A stretch of DNA of 48,734 bases from Rhizaria sp. SCN 62-66 (taxonomy: Eukaryota), in assembly GCA_001724265.1 (NCBI GenBank), contig MEDY01000219.1, forward strand, positions 1-48,734. Direction: 5' to 3'. The notes under the pieces are model-generated. The model had not been told where the DNA came from. It made no database searches and saw only the letters and a list, made by a program, of their open reading frames with translations. A program made the translations under genes and the position numbers. Positions 1-10,874 of this stretch are shown here, one piece after another (the first letter of the stretch is position 1; each line of letters begins with the position of its first letter).

Positions 1-2332
1 CTGACGGGCCGCGCGCGCCGCCCGCCGCGCCGCCGCTCGCGCTCGCCGCCGCGGCCGCGGCCGCGGCCGCCGCGCCGCCCGAGAAGCCCTGCTTGCGGCG
101 GCCCTGCGGCTTGCCGACAAGGTGCCGGTGCGCGGCGTCTGGGTCCGCGTGCAGTTTCGCCAGCTTGCGCGCGCGCCGCCGCGCCTCGGTGCGCAGCGCC
201 TCCTGCGCCAGCGGGCTCAGGCCCTCGAACACAGAGCCAGAGCCAGACTCGGCAGCGGACCCACTGGCAGCAGCGTCGCTGTCGCCATTGCTTCCCTCAG
301 CGGCAGCGTTGTCGGTAAGGTCGTGGCGCAGGTGCCTGAACGCGCGGCGCGCCTTGGCGAACTCGACTGGGAATAGCGTGCGACTGACGTTCTGCACCGC
401 GCGCTCAAGCTCCCTGCCGGCGAGGCGGTCGATCTTGGTGAGAACGACCTGGTGCGGGATCTGAGCCACCTCGAGGAAGTCCAGGAACTCGAGGTCCTGC
501 GCAGTCACGCCCGTGCGCGCGTCCACCAGCGCGAGCACCAGCCGCAGGTTGGAGCCGTGGCCCGCGGGCGTGAGCAGCGGCGGCGCAAATACGGCCGTCG
601 ACGCGGACAGGCGCGCCAGCACAGCGGCTGACGCGGCCTCCACGGCGGCCGACTGCGCGGCGGACTGCGCTGCCGACTGCGACTGCGCCTGTACGTCTGA
701 CTGTGGCTGTGGCGACTGTGAGTCCTCTGTTGACTGCGGCTGCGACAGCGAGGCGGGGGCAAGCGCGGCCCAGAGCGAGGAGGCCTTGGCGAGCTCGGCG
801 ACGGGCGTGGGCCTGTAGCCGTTGCCGCGGCCGCGCGGGAGCAGCCGCGACGGGTGCAGGTGGGCGATGATGCTGCTACTGTTGTTGTTGTGATGGTCAC
901 CGTTGCTAGCATTGTTGTGATGAGTGCTGCTAATAAAGTGCGCGTGGAACGCGTTGAGTGAGCGCGCCGCGGTGGTGTTGACAGTCGTCGTCGTCCGCGG
1001 CAGCGCCATCCACGCCTTGTGCGCGCCATTCACACCGCCAGCAGCCGCGCCGGCACGTGCTGTCTTGCCACTGCTGCCCATGTGGAGCGACTCCGCAGCG
1101 TCCGCGCCCTCGTCTGACTCGGGGTCGAGCAGCGGGAAGCGCGAGGGCGAGCGCGCGCGGAGATACGTGCCAATGAGCTGGTTCCACCCGTCGACGCTGC
1201 TACGGAGCTTTTTCGCGAACCCGTACCCGGGCACGTCAACGATGATGAGGCCGGGTGAGGCGCCCAGTCGCGCGTAGGCATCGGTCAGCGTGCGCAGCTG
1301 CGTGCGCGAGCCACGCGAGTCCATGCCGTGGCGCGTGAGCCCCATGAAGGTTGCCTCGCGGTGCAGGTCCACGGGCGTCGCGGCGGCCAGCGCGCGGTAG
1401 CGGCCCGTGCGCGCCGCGAGCGCCGTTGCGGGCAGGACGTAGAAGTTGGCCGACTGCGTCTTGCCGGGCACGGCGGAGGACTGCGCCAGGTCCGTGCCCA
1501 GCAGCGCGTTGAGCAGCGCGGACTTGCCGACGTTAGAGCGGCCCGCAAAGACGACCTCGCAGTCGCGGATGTTGGCGCGCAGTGGGGGTACTTGCGCGAA
1601 CGAGTAGGCACACACGGCCAGCGTGGGGTCAGACAGAGACGCCGTCTCCGCTGCGGTCACCGGCAGGTACGTAAACGGGTCACGTTGCCACGCGGGCTCG
1701 ATCAGCGGCGGCAGCGCGGATGCGGTGGCGCGGTCGCGGTTGTTGTCAGAGTCATCGTTCATGTCGTTGCTGTCGCTGTTGCTGTTTTTGTTCGAGCTGT
1801 GCGGGAGGGCGAGAGTGCCGGAGGGCGCGGCGGCGTCAAAGGGCGAAAAGGGCAGCGTAGATAGATATGCCGCATCCTCTTCCTCCGTTGTCTTTGACCC
1901 GCCCGCTGCTGTGCTGTTTTGCGCAGCCGTGCCGTCCTTGGCGCGGTACGAAGCGGCGAGGCGGGCTAGCGCCTGCTTGCGCCAGACGAGTCCCGTGACC
2001 GCGGCGTCGGCAACAAGCGCGCGCACAGCTTCGGGAACCGTGGTGGGCACGTTAACAAGCCCAGCGACTGGGGTCATAAACCAGTGGTACAGCGCGCGCT
2101 GCGGTGTCATTGTTGCAGCGATCGCAGACGACACACGGTCAGTCGTCGGCAGCAGCGCCGCGCGCGAGGGCCGGTAGGGGGACTTGGGCGCTGTAAACGC
2201 AATGCGGATGTCCTTTTGCGGCACCGCACGACGGCCGCGGCGCGCAGTTGATGAGAATGAGAGCGAGGGCGTCGACAACAGTCGCGCGGAACCGCCGCTC
2301 CTGTGGAATGTTGAGTGGGCGGCTGAAAACAT
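1..2332 (-). CDS. engB: EngB/YihA/YsxC-family ribosome-biogenesis GTPase (GTPBP8-like), probably mitochondrial; 3' end runs off the window edge
   Basis: Not in the ORF track because the frame has no stop before base 1. Manual translation from ATG 2332 gives [35 protein letters not shown] (Ser/Arg-rich, no acidic residues, presequence-like). All G motifs are in the same frame: G1 [20 protein letters not shown] (GRSNVGKS at 1543-1520), G2 [11 protein letters not shown]3 [11 protein letters not shown] (D at 1237), then [12 protein letters not shown] (550) and G4 VVLTKID (~440-428). Confidence 0.93.
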   Translation of the reverse strand, partial: MFSAAHSTFHRSGGSARLLSTPSLSFSSTARRGRRAVPQKDIRIAFTAPKSPYRPSRAALLPTTDRVSSAIAATMTPQRALYHWFMTPVAGLVNVPTTVPEAVRALVADAAVTGLVWRKQALARLAASYRAKDGTAAQNSTAAGGSKTTEEEDAAYLSTLPFSPFDAAAPSGTLALPHSSNKNSNSDSNDMNDDSDNNRDRATASALPPLIEPAWQRDPFTYLPVTAAETASLSDPTLAVCAYSFAQVPPLRANIRDCEVVFAGRSNVGKSALLNALLGTDLAQSSAVPGKTQSANFYVLPATALAARTGRYRALAAATPVDLHREATFMGLTRHGMDSRGSRTQLRTLTDAYARLGASPGLIIVDVPGYGFAKKLRSSVDGWNQLIGTYLRARSPSRFPLLDPESDEGADAAESLHMGSSGKTARAGAAAGGVNGAHKAWMALPRTTTTVNTTAARSLNAFHAHFISSTHHNNASNGDHHNNNSSSIIAHLHPSRLLPRGRGNGYRPTPVAELAKASSLWAALAPASLSQPQSTEDSQSPQPQSDVQAQSQSAAQSAAQSAAVEAASAAVLARLSASTAVFAPPLLTPAGHGSNLRLVLALVDARTGVTAQDLEFLDFLEVAQIPHQVVLTKIDRLAGRELERAVQNVSRTLFPVEFAKARRAFRHLRHDLTDNAAAEGSNGDSDAAASGSAAESGSGSVFEGLSPLAQEALRTEARRRARKLAKLHADPDAAHRHLVGKPQGRRKQGFSGGAAAAAAAAAASASGGAAGGARGPS

Positions 2333-2933
2333 TCGAGCGCGCTATATAGACTTTAGTGACTTTTCTAAGGCTTCTAAAAAACAAAAAATATACGTCTTAG
2401 TGAGTTTTGTGCGGCAAGCAAAGTAAAGACCTATTGACGACGTTTTTAATGCACCGCATCTTCCCGGGTTTTCATCAGCACTCGCACTTGCCACGCAGCC
2501 TTGGACCTGCTTGTTGTAACGTGCGAAAAGTGGCCCACGATGGTATATTTCAATGAATATCTGCCAATATCCGTTCTCAAAATAAGACAAATGCAATACT
2601 ACAGTATAGTGCATAACTTGAAACACTAGATTACACAATTATGTTTGTATTATCTGGCCATATTTTTGATTATACAGTCGAAGGTAGAGTTAATGGGCGA
2701 AAATATCAAGATAATGGTTGTCTACATTGTAACCGGTACTAGTAAATTGCGCTCGGCTTCCACAGCCAAGCAACTTGAAAAAAAGTACAAACACTTCTGT
2801 TAAGGCCATCATATTGTCACATCAAACGCGAAAAATATTTCCATCAATAAAATACTAGAAATAATAGATTCGAAACCATCCGTTGTCATGCCTTCAGATA
2901 TCTTTAGTCTCTCTGTTTTTCTCCAGAGCAACT

Positions 2934-5900
2934 TCAATCGTCGTCGTCATCATGGCCGCGCTTCTGCTGATGGCTCGACGACGCGCGCGCCGCGCGGCTT
3001 GACTTCCGCGCACCTGGCGTCGGCGCAGCGGGCGTCACAGCCGCTGCGACCGCACTTGTGCGTGCGCTGCGCCTGCGGGTCGTACTGCCGATAACTGCGT
3101 CATCATCGTTCTCGCCCGTCGCACCGTAAGTGTCGGACATATCTACTGCAGCGCGCTTGCTCCGAGCCGACGCCGCGCGCTTTGCGCTGCCCGCCGCAGC
3201 CGGGGTCTTGGCGCCCGCCCTGCGCGGAGTCGCCGCCGCGGCAGCGACAGCGTCATCATTGTCACCCTCGTCGTGATCGTCGGCATCAGCGTTGGCGTCA
3301 GCGTCGGTGGGGGCGTAGCTGATGTAGCTGATGTCGCCCACAGCGGCGGTAGGGCTTTGGCGCGCGCCGCGGCCGCCGGACTTCGCGCCCGTGTTGGCGC
3401 CCTGCTTGCTGCCCGCCGCAGCGGCGCCGCGCGCGGGAGTTGCACTGCTCATGTTCACATCGTCATGGTCATCGTCGACGTTGGCGTAGTGGCCCGCAGC
3501 AGCCTTGCCTTCCTTGCTGCTCTTGCGCGCGCCCGCGGCGGCGCCGACGTTGGCGCGCAGGAAGCGCGGCGAGAGCTCGACGGTGAGCGACATGGGCGTG
3601 CCCAGTCCGTCGCCGACACTGCTCGCGGCGCCCGTGCTGTCACGGCGGGGGCCCGTGGCGCCGGAGCCGCCCAGGCTGGCGCGGGGCGTGAAGCGGATAG
3701 CGCCGTTGTCGCTGTAGACGCTGTCGCCAATGACGACGCTGCCGTCCTCGGTGCCGAGCTCAGCGCCCACGCCCGCGGCCGCGGTGAGGGCCGCGGCAAA
3801 GCGCGCCGCGTCGGCAGCGGCGGCAGCCGCGGCGGCCGACACAGCGACGGGGCTGTAGACGTAGCGGCCGCGTGTGGGCGACGCTGCAGCAGCAGCGCCG
3901 CCGCGGGGGCTGCGCGTGTGCACGGGCGAGTAGTTGTACCGGCGGCTGCTCGCGCGCGCCGCGCCGGTGACCACGGGCGCAGGCGCAAGCTCAGGGGTGC
4001 TAAGCTCGGCGGGCTGGGCGCTTGAGTCGCCGTCAGCGGCGGCAGCGGCGGCAGCAGCAACGCTGCTGCGGCGACCGGCTCTGGCGACGCGGTAGCGCGG
4101 GGACGTGCCGGCGGGGCCGAAGTGCAGGCGCAGGCCCTGTGGCAGCAGCGGCAGCGCGGCGGCCTCCTCCTCGGCCTCCTCGGCCTCCACGACGGCGGCA
4201 GCGGCAGAGGCGGCAACGGCCGCAGCAGTGTTGCCGCTGTCTTCGCTGTAGCGGGCCATACCGGGGCGCATGATCGTGGGGAAACTGCTGGTGGTGAAGC
4301 CGTCGTCATACTCATTCTCGAGCTTCGCAAGCGCGTCAAACGGACGCAGCGGCACAGAGGCGGCCCCCACGTCAGCGCTCTCGCCAGCACTGCTGTCCCC
4401 CGCGCTCTTGGTGAAAGTGTAGCGCGACGAGGGTGAGGCGATAATCGCGGACACGCGTTTCACCGCAGCTTCCGCAGAGATCGTGCTCTCAGCGGACTGT
4501 GCGGGCAAGTCAGAGGTTGCGACGCGCTGAGGAGAGCGCATGACACTCACGTCGCCGTTGTTATCAGCGTCACCAGCTGCCTCGGCATCGTCGCCGTCGT
4601 CCTCAGTCTCAGTTTCGGCCCCGGACTCATCGCTAGCATCATCAGTTGCAGCAGTGACAGCAGCCACGGCCGCAGCCTCGCTCTCACCGTCGTCCATGGC
4701 GATTGGAGCCACAGCGGGCACGCCGCTACTGCTGCTCACTGCGTTAGCGGGCATCCAGCCCTCAGCAGCAGCAGCGCCAGAGTCGTCGCCGGCGGCGTCC
4801 TCGTGCGCGCCCGGCTTGACCATCACGTGCACGAGCGTGGCGAAAAGCCGGCGGCGCACCTCCTCCTCCTGCGCCGCCGCGGCCTCGGCGCTGCGGAACA
4901 CAGCGCCGCTGGCGGGGCTCGCGCGCGGGCGCACTCCGCTGCGGGGGGCCGCGGAGCCCAGTCGGCTGCGCGCGCTGTCAGCGGCGGGCGTGCTGCCGAG
5001 GCGCGGGTTCGAGGCGGGCACTGTTGAGCCGAACGCGAAGGCTCTGCGCGCCGCCGTGTCGCCGGTCGCGAGGGCGTGGCTGGCGGCGGAGCTCTTCTTC
5101 TTGCGCGCCGACTGCTGATGCAGCGACTGCGCGAGCGAGGCCGCGTACGTCGCCGCGCGCAGCGACGCCGAGACGACGAGCTCTTTGCGCACCGGCGTCG
5201 GCAGCGCGCGCGCGCCGCCGCGCACCGCGCTGGCTGCAGTGCGCGCCGCGGCCACGACGGAGCGCGGCGTCTTGACCAGGCCGGCCACGCGCGGCAGCGC
5301 CACCGCGCCGCGGCTCGGCGTCACGGCGCCGTGGCCGCCGCCGAGGGGCTTGGCGAGCACCGGCGCGCGCGTGGGCGTGCCAAGCATGCGCCGGCGCACC
5401 GGAGTCGTGCCAGTTGCACCACTAGCACTCGCGCTTGGGTTGGCGCCAGCGGCCGTGGGCGTGACGCGGTTGAACAACGAGCGGATCTGCGAGCGCAGCG
5501 GCGTCGGCGCCACGGGCAGCAGCCCGCGGCCCACGACGCCGGCGTGGTCGCCCGCGTTGGCCGCGGCCGCCGCGGCGGGGCCGTAGCGCGCGGCAGAGGT
5601 GTTCGCGGCGAGCGCGACGTCAAAGCGAGAGCGCCCGCCGCCCGCGCTGACGGGCGTGGAGCCGGCGCGCGCACCGGTGCCAGAGACGCGCGAGGCGGAG
5701 CCCTTGGCCGCGGAGCCCGGGGCCGCGGAAGTGGCGGCCAGGTAGCTGCGGCGCAGCGCGGAGCGCCGCGGGGTCGCGGGGCCTGCGTTAGCCGCACGGA
5801 CAGGGGTGCCCATGGCAGTCGTAGTCGCGGTTTCAGTCGCGGCAGTAGTGTTGTCGGGCTTGTTGAGTCCGAACGCGGCAGCAATGGCGGCGTCTGCCAC

Positions 5901-8900
5901 GGAAGTCGCGGCCGCGGGCGTCGTAATCATGACAGCGGCCGCGGCAGGGTGGAAGTACGGCATCGCGGGGGCCCGAGCCACGTTCTCGCTGTTGTCTGCG
6001 GGCTCAGCAGCCTCACTGACACTGTCCATGACTGCCACGCCCGAAGTAGCGGCGGGTTTGGCGCTCTGCACCGCGCTGCCGTGCGCGGGCTTCGTCTTGC
6101 GCTGGTACGGGGTCAGCATCAACATGCCGCCGAGCCGCCCCGGCGTGGCCACCAACGTGCTGCTGCGGCCAGCCGCTCTAGCGCCAGCAGCAGCAACAGC
6201 GGCAGTTGTAGCACCGGTGTCGGCGAAAGTGAGCGTGCCGACGACGGGGCACGCAGAGCCCGCAACGCTGCGGCGCGACGAGCGCGGGCGTGCGGCCATA
6301 GGAGCAGCGGCAGCAGCGGCCGGAGCGAAGCCAAAAGCGGTCGGGAACGCGGGCGCGCGCAGCGGCGTGGGAATGCTGGCGACGTTGACGACACGAGCGC
6401 TCTGGTCAGCGGTGACCTCAGCAGCGGCGTCGGCGGCACCGTGGGCGTCAGTGGTGGCGGCGTTGGTCAGGGCAGCGGATGAGGCATGCGCGCCGCCGGC
6501 CTTGGCGGCCTTGGCCGAGAGTAGCGAGAACACGGATGAGCGCCGGCGGCGACGTGCGCTCGCACTGCCGCTCTCGGCGTTCTCAGCGGCGGCGTCAGCA
6601 GCGGCGGTCGCGTCGTCGGTGTTGACGGAGGGCTCCTCGGCCGGCGTGCTGAGCGCAATGTTGGCGAGGGCGGTGAAACCGTCGAGCAGCGACGCGCCAA
6701 ACGGCAGCCCTGCGCTCTCATTCTCATCCTCGCTCTCGCTCTCGCCGTCCTCCTCCTCTGCCCCAGCGGCAGCGGTCTCGGCCGCAGACTCGGCGGCGGC
6801 GTCGGCCAGGTCGTTGTCAAAGCGGCTGGCGCTGGCGGGCGCAAAGCCAGCGTCGGCGGAGTCGTTCATGGCGCTGCAGCCGTCGCCGCCGCTGATGCTG
6901 TCGCGGCCGCCGTTGTACACCTGTGCGGGGCTGGCGCGCGGGCGGCGCTTGGTGACCGACGACGGCAGCGCAGCCATCGAAATCAAGCCGCCCCCACCCG
7001 CAACCGCGCCCTGCGGCGAGCTCGCGCCGCTGCCGGTGAAGGCGTAGGCCTTGGAGATCACGTCATCGTAGTCCTCCTCGTCGTCAGCGCCGCCGCTGGT
7101 GCTCTGCCGCGCGCTCTTGCGCGCGCTCTTGCCGGCACTCTTGCGGCTGCGCGCAGACCCGGCGGGCGACGCAGACGCAGAGATGGAAAGCAGCGGCACG
7201 TGCTGGAACTGGTCCAGCAGCGCGGCGCGCGCGGCGGCCTCCTGGCGCGAGAGCGCGCGCGCGGGCGTGGCGACGAGGTGCAGCAGCGAGTCCAGCAACG
7301 CGTCGCGGTCGACGGCGCGCTCGGCCGCGGCCACGGACGCGTCGAGGTCGACGACGTCGCACTCTTCGCTCTGCGCAGCTGCAACGTTGTCTGCGACATC
7401 GGAGGCAAAGGCGGCAGCGTCGGGCTCAGTCTTAATCTCGTCCTTGACTGCGCTGTCATCGCTGCCGTGGACGCTCTTGCCCGCACCCGCCGCGGCCGCC
7501 GAAGCAGCAGCGCTGCCAGCCGAGGTGGCGACGACAGGCACGGTAACCGTGACAGCTGCAGTCTCCGCGATGGTGCACAACGCGTCGACAATGCCGTCGA
7601 CGGCCACGGCCTTGGAGTGTTGCAGCGCGGCGACGACGTCCATCACGCGCACGCCGGGGCCGAGCGCCACAGCGCCTTCTTCCTCGTCCTCCTGCTCGCT
7701 CTCGCTCTCGCCGTCGTCAGCGACGCGCTCGATGGCGGCGTCGGCGTCGGTCATGGCAGTGGCGGCGGCGGCGGCAGTTGCAGCTGCGGCCGCGGCGTCC
7801 TCCGCGTCGGCCGCGGCGACGGCGGCGTCGGCGTCGGTGACAATCGCGGGCACACGCACCGGCGACAGTAGCAGTGCGGTCAGCGTGTGCACGAGCGCGC
7901 CGCGCGACGTCGCCGCAGCCACCGCGGCCGCCTCCGTCTCCGCTGCAAGCGCCTCGTTCTCAGCCTCAGCCTCAGCCTGAGCCTCGGCCTCAGCATCAGC
8001 GGCAGCCTCAGCGGCGTCGGTCTTGGTCGACACAGCGGCGTCGACAGTCTCCGTCTTAACTTCAGCATTCTCCGCAGCAACGTTGGCATCAGTGGCCGCA
8101 CTGTCAGCGTAATCATCCACATCAGCATCAGCGTCGTTGGTGTCCGTGAGTCCGATGCCCGCGACGACGGCGGGCGCCTCGAACAGACTCGACACAACGA
8201 CGGTGCGGCGGCGCGGCTTGCGTTCGGAGCGGATCAGCGCGTTGAGCTCGCTCGCGGACATGAACACTCGGCGGCTCCCCGTGCCCGTGCCCGGGGCCGC
8301 GGGAGTCAGCGGGCCGCCGCGCGCGGGGGACGCGGGCGCGCGGCGGGACGGCGTGCCGCGGCGGCTGACGGCGGCCACGGCGGGCGTGAGCAGCGTCGCC
8401 GGGTAGTGGCTCGCACTCGTGATCACGGGGCCCATGGCGCCGGGCAGCGCGCTCACTGCGTCCGCGACGGAGTCATCCGCCTCAGCTTCAGCCTCGGCCT
8501 CAGCAGCATCACCAGCGGCAGCGGCTTGGGCGTGAGCGGCCGCGCGAGACGCGTTGAGATCGCCGGCGCCGGCGTTATTACTGGCACCGTCGTTGTCGGC
8601 AGCGGCGTCAAAGAGGCCCGACAGGCGTGCGGGCGCGACGAGCGAGTCCTCGAACTCGTTGGCGTCGTCGTCGTACTGGTCGTCCGCGGCGGCGGATGCA
8701 CCAGCGTCGTTCTCGCCGTAGCTGTCGTAGTACTGCTCCTGTTCCTGCTCCTGTTGGTGCTGCGGCATCGCAACCGGGACTGATACAGCGGGGGCGTGCG
8801 CGTGCGCGGGAGCGAGCGAAGGGACGGGTCCAGGCGCGGGAGCGAGCGAAGGGACGGGTCCAGGCGCGGGAGCAAGCGAAGGGACGGGCCCAGGCGCGGG

Positions 8901-10436
8901 GCGCGCGAGGCCGGCACCCGCCGAGAGCGAGTGAGAGCGCGCGCGGCCGCGGCTCAGCTTGGAAACAGCGTCTTCTTCCTCTTCCTCCTCCTCGTCGTCA
9001 TTGTCGTCGTCGCCGTAGCCGTTGTTCGTGTTGCGGGCATTCCTGCCATGAGCGGGCTTTTGCGCAGCAGTCTTAGCAGCAGCCGCAGCCTCAGCAGCAG
9101 CCGCAGCCGCAGCACGTGCAGGCGCCACAGCAGGCGCAGCAACTGCAGGACGTGCGACAGCACTGCTGCCGTGCTTGCGATCGTCGACTGCGACCGTAGT
9201 CACTGGTGCAGCAGCCTGGGGCGCCCGGGCGCTCTCGGTGTGTTTGTGCGCCACAGCGGCCTTGGCGGGCCGGGGGACCATGACGGGCTGCGCGGTGCCC
9301 TCCAGGTGCGCCTCGGCGCGCTCGCGGAAGCGCGCGATGTTCTTGCGTGTGTTAGGCGTGATCGTCAGAGCCTTGTCGTCGCCGGCCTTGGCGGCGGCCA
9401 CGGCCGCGCCCGCCGCGCGCAACAGCTCCAGCTGCATCGCGCGCGTCGGCCGCTTCGCACGCGGCTTCCCAGCGGCCCTACCTGCCGCGCCGCCCGCGCC
9501 GTAGTCACCGTTGTCGACGGCGAGCAGCTTCTCGGCCAGCTCCTGCGTCTGCGAGAGGAAGAGCGCGTCGGCCGTCAGCGCCAGCGGCGGGCCGCGGAGC
9601 AGAGGCGGGTGGAAGCGCGCGCGATATCCCGGCGGCGGCTTCACGGCCGCCTCCTGCGTCGCAGGGTCGTAGATGTACGCAAACTGCGGGGCTCCGTTCG
9701 CCACGGTGACGAACGAGGGTGCCACGGCGGCCGCGATGGCGGGCGGCGGCGGCTGCGGGCGGTTCGGCCGTCCCACAATTGACGCAGCGGCCGCAGCGGC
9801 AACGGCGGCTGCGGATGCGGCTGCGGCCGCAGCAGCTGCGACACCGCTCTGACCTTTGCTGTTGCCCGCGGTCGCGCGCTTGTCGGCAAGCGCGTTTGCG
9901 CCGTCGTTACCGGCGTTGGCGACGGAGCTCGGGTGCATTGCGCGGGCGATCATGTGGGGCGGGTACTCGAGCAGGAACGAGCGCGGACCGATGTCAATCA
10001 CGGAGCGATGGTGCACGGGGGCTTCGTCGCCGCGGTGCAGCGGGTACGCGTCGACGCAGACGCGGCCCGAGGTGCAGGAGCGCAGCACGAAGAGGCCTGT
10101 GCGGCGCGACAGCAGCAGCTCGGCGTGCAGACGCGAGACTGTCGGGTCCGACATCGCGACCACGCACGAGCTGCCGCGACCCAGTGTGCAAGTGCGCATG
10201 TTCAGCTCCAGAGGAGCGCCCAGGGAGTTGTCAGCCTTGACCACGCGGAGGAACGCGTAGATTGTGCAGCCGTCATCAGCGGCATCCTCTTCAGCGGTGT
10301 AAAACTCGTCGCTGTTGCCGTCATCGTCACTATGATCCGTCGCGGGATCAGGGACCGAGGAAAACACGTCACCCGCAGAGGGAAACGTCCCACGGGGCGC
10401 CATTGCAAAGGCGCCGGTAGCTGGACGAGAGGACAT
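2934..10436 (-). CDS. ~2500-aa protein with an N-terminal FHA domain (Ki-67-like) followed by a very long disordered Ala/acidic/TP-rich region
   Basis: Single open frame; first ATG at 10436 (MSSRPATG), stop TGA at 2936-2934. FHA at ~10259-9960: LRVVKADNSLGAPLELNMRTCTLGRGSSCVVAMSDPTVSRLHAEL...VIDIGPRSFLLEY, with the GR and SxxH phospho-Thr-binding motifs. An acceptor-like site at 10473-10474 leaves an upstream exon possible. Confidence 0.85.
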   Translation of the reverse strand: MSSRPATGAFAMAPRGTFPSAGDVFSSVPDPATDHSDDDGNSDEFYTAEEDAADDGCTIYAFLRVVKADNSLGAPLELNMRTCTLGRGSSCVVAMSDPTVSRLHAELLLSRRTGLFVLRSCTSGRVCVDAYPLHRGDEAPVHHRSVIDIGPRSFLLEYPPHMIARAMHPSSVANAGNDGANALADKRATAGNSKGQSGVAAAAAAAASAAAVAAAAAASIVGRPNRPQPPPPAIAAAVAPSFVTVANGAPQFAYIYDPATQEAAVKPPPGYRARFHPPLLRGPPLALTADALFLSQTQELAEKLLAVDNGDYGAGGAAGRAAGKPRAKRPTRAMQLELLRAAGAAVAAAKAGDDKALTITPNTRKNIARFRERAEAHLEGTAQPVMVPRPAKAAVAHKHTESARAPQAAAPVTTVAVDDRKHGSSAVARPAVAAPAVAPARAAAAAAAEAAAAAKTAAQKPAHGRNARNTNNGYGDDDNDDEEEEEEEDAVSKLSRGRARSHSLSAGAGLARPAPGPVPSLAPAPGPVPSLAPAPGPVPSLAPAHAHAPAVSVPVAMPQHQQEQEQEQYYDSYGENDAGASAAADDQYDDDANEFEDSLVAPARLSGLFDAAADNDGASNNAGAGDLNASRAAAHAQAAAAGDAAEAEAEAEADDSVADAVSALPGAMGPVITSASHYPATLLTPAVAAVSRRGTPSRRAPASPARGGPLTPAAPGTGTGSRRVFMSASELNALIRSERKPRRRTVVVSSLFEAPAVVAGIGLTDTNDADADVDDYADSAATDANVAAENAEVKTETVDAAVSTKTDAAEAAADAEAEAQAEAEAENEALAAETEAAAVAAATSRGALVHTLTALLLSPVRVPAIVTDADAAVAAADAEDAAAAAATAAAAATAMTDADAAIERVADDGESESEQEDEEEGAVALGPGVRVMDVVAALQHSKAVAVDGIVDALCTIAETAAVTVTVPVVATSAGSAAASAAAAGAGKSVHGSDDSAVKDEIKTEPDAAAFASDVADNVAAAQSEECDVVDLDASVAAAERAVDRDALLDSLLHLVATPARALSRQEAAARAALLDQFQHVPLLSISASASPAGSARSRKSAGKSARKSARQSTSGGADDEEDYDDVISKAYAFTGSGASSPQGAVAGGGGLISMAALPSSVTKRRPRASPAQVYNGGRDSISGGDGCSAMNDSADAGFAPASASRFDNDLADAAAESAAETAAAGAEEEDGESESEDENESAGLPFGASLLDGFTALANIALSTPAEEPSVNTDDATAAADAAAENAESGSASARRRRRSSVFSLLSAKAAKAGGAHASSAALTNAATTDAHGAADAAAEVTADQSARVVNVASIPTPLRAPAFPTAFGFAPAAAAAAPMAARPRSSRRSVAGSACPVVGTLTFADTGATTAAVAAAGARAAGRSSTLVATPGRLGGMLMLTPYQRKTKPAHGSAVQSAKPAATSGVAVMDSVSEAAEPADNSENVARAPAMPYFHPAAAAVMITTPAAATSVADAAIAAAFGLNKPDNTTAATETATTTAMGTPVRAANAGPATPRRSALRRSYLAATSAAPGSAAKGSASRVSGTGARAGSTPVSAGGGRSRFDVALAANTSAARYGPAAAAAANAGDHAGVVGRGLLPVAPTPLRSQIRSLFNRVTPTAAGANPSASASGATGTTPVRRRMLGTPTRAPVLAKPLGGGHGAVTPSRGAVALPRVAGLVKTPRSVVAAARTAASAVRGGARALPTPVRKELVVSASLRAATYAASLAQSLHQQSARKKKSSAASHALATGDTAARRAFAFGSTVPASNPRLGSTPAADSARSRLGSAAPRSGVRPRASPASGAVFRSAEAAAAQEEEVRRRLFATLVHVMVKPGAHEDAAGDDSGAAAAEGWMPANAVSSSSGVPAVAPIAMDDGESEAAAVAAVTAATDDASDESGAETETEDDGDDAEAAGDADNNGDVSVMRSPQRVATSDLPAQSAESTISAEAAVKRVSAIIASPSSRYTFTKSAGDSSAGESADVGAASVPLRPFDALAKLENEYDDGFTTSSFPTIMRPGMARYSEDSGNTAAAVAASAAAAVVEAEEAEEEAAALPLLPQGLRLHFGPAGTSPRYRVARAGRRSSVAAAAAAAADGDSSAQPAELSTPELAPAPVVTGAARASSRRYNYSPVHTRSPRGGAAAAASPTRGRYVYSPVAVSAAAAAAAADAARFAAALTAAAGVGAELGTEDGSVVIGDSVYSDNGAIRFTPRASLGGSGATGPRRDSTGAASSVGDGLGTPMSLTVELSPRFLRANVGAAAGARKSSKEGKAAAGHYANVDDDHDDVNMSSATPARGAAAAGSKQGANTGAKSGGRGARQSPTAAVGDISYISYAPTDADANADADDHDEGDNDDAVAAAAATPRRAGAKTPAAAGSAKRAASARSKRAAVDMSDTYGATGENDDDAVIGSTTRRRSARTSAVAAAVTPAAPTPGARKSSRAARASSSHQQKRGHDDDDD
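8811..8900. repeat. Three tandem copies of a 30-nt unit encoding PAPGPVPSLA in the FHA protein
   Basis: agcgagcgaagggacgggtccaggcgcggg at 8811 and 8841 (identical) and at 8871 (2 mismatches). Confidence 0.95.
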
Positions 10437-10874
10437 GTGGATTGTGTTGGTCGGTTGGTTCTGTTTGTCGCGCTGAAAAAACAAGTATGAGAAAGTACAC
10501 TGTAAAGGCGAGAGATTTTGGAGGTGAGTTTTGAATATCTTTTAGAATATCACATATAGTGTTGTGTCATTCTATTTTTATTTTAAACGACGATTGAATA
10601 CGAGTAGAATATGATCATTCATTATAGCCACTTCTCGGTCATTCCAACGGCTATTTTTCCGAGACTGTCAGTTGTGACACAACTTTTGCGCATTTTATGA
10701 GGTCCACACAGGAGTACTGTCATTGATGGTTAAGATTTAAACTCCGTAAGCTTAGATGCACATTAGACAAGACAAATTTAACTTTATTATTTCATCAATA
10801 CACCAGAAGCCACTCATATCTGGCCATTTCAGCGTGACAATTGCCGCGACGTAGCAGTGCGCACAACGACTTGC

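Noticed and set aside
1-2332. Bacterial origin or contamination suggested by the EngB GTPase
   Set aside because: The gene has an organellar-type presequence and the same low-complexity inserts and composition as its intron-containing neighbours. EngB-family proteins are normal nucleus-encoded organellar factors.
2342-2638. 98-aa ORF ending in TAG, in frame with and just upstream of the EngB ATG
   Set aside because: It is AT-rich spacer-like sequence, and the protein from ATG 2332 already begins with a presequence-like segment. It was not counted as a sixth read-through site.
8811-8900. 30-nt direct repeats as a possible CRISPR array
   Set aside because: The copies are head-to-tail with no spacers and lie in frame within a eukaryotic CDS.
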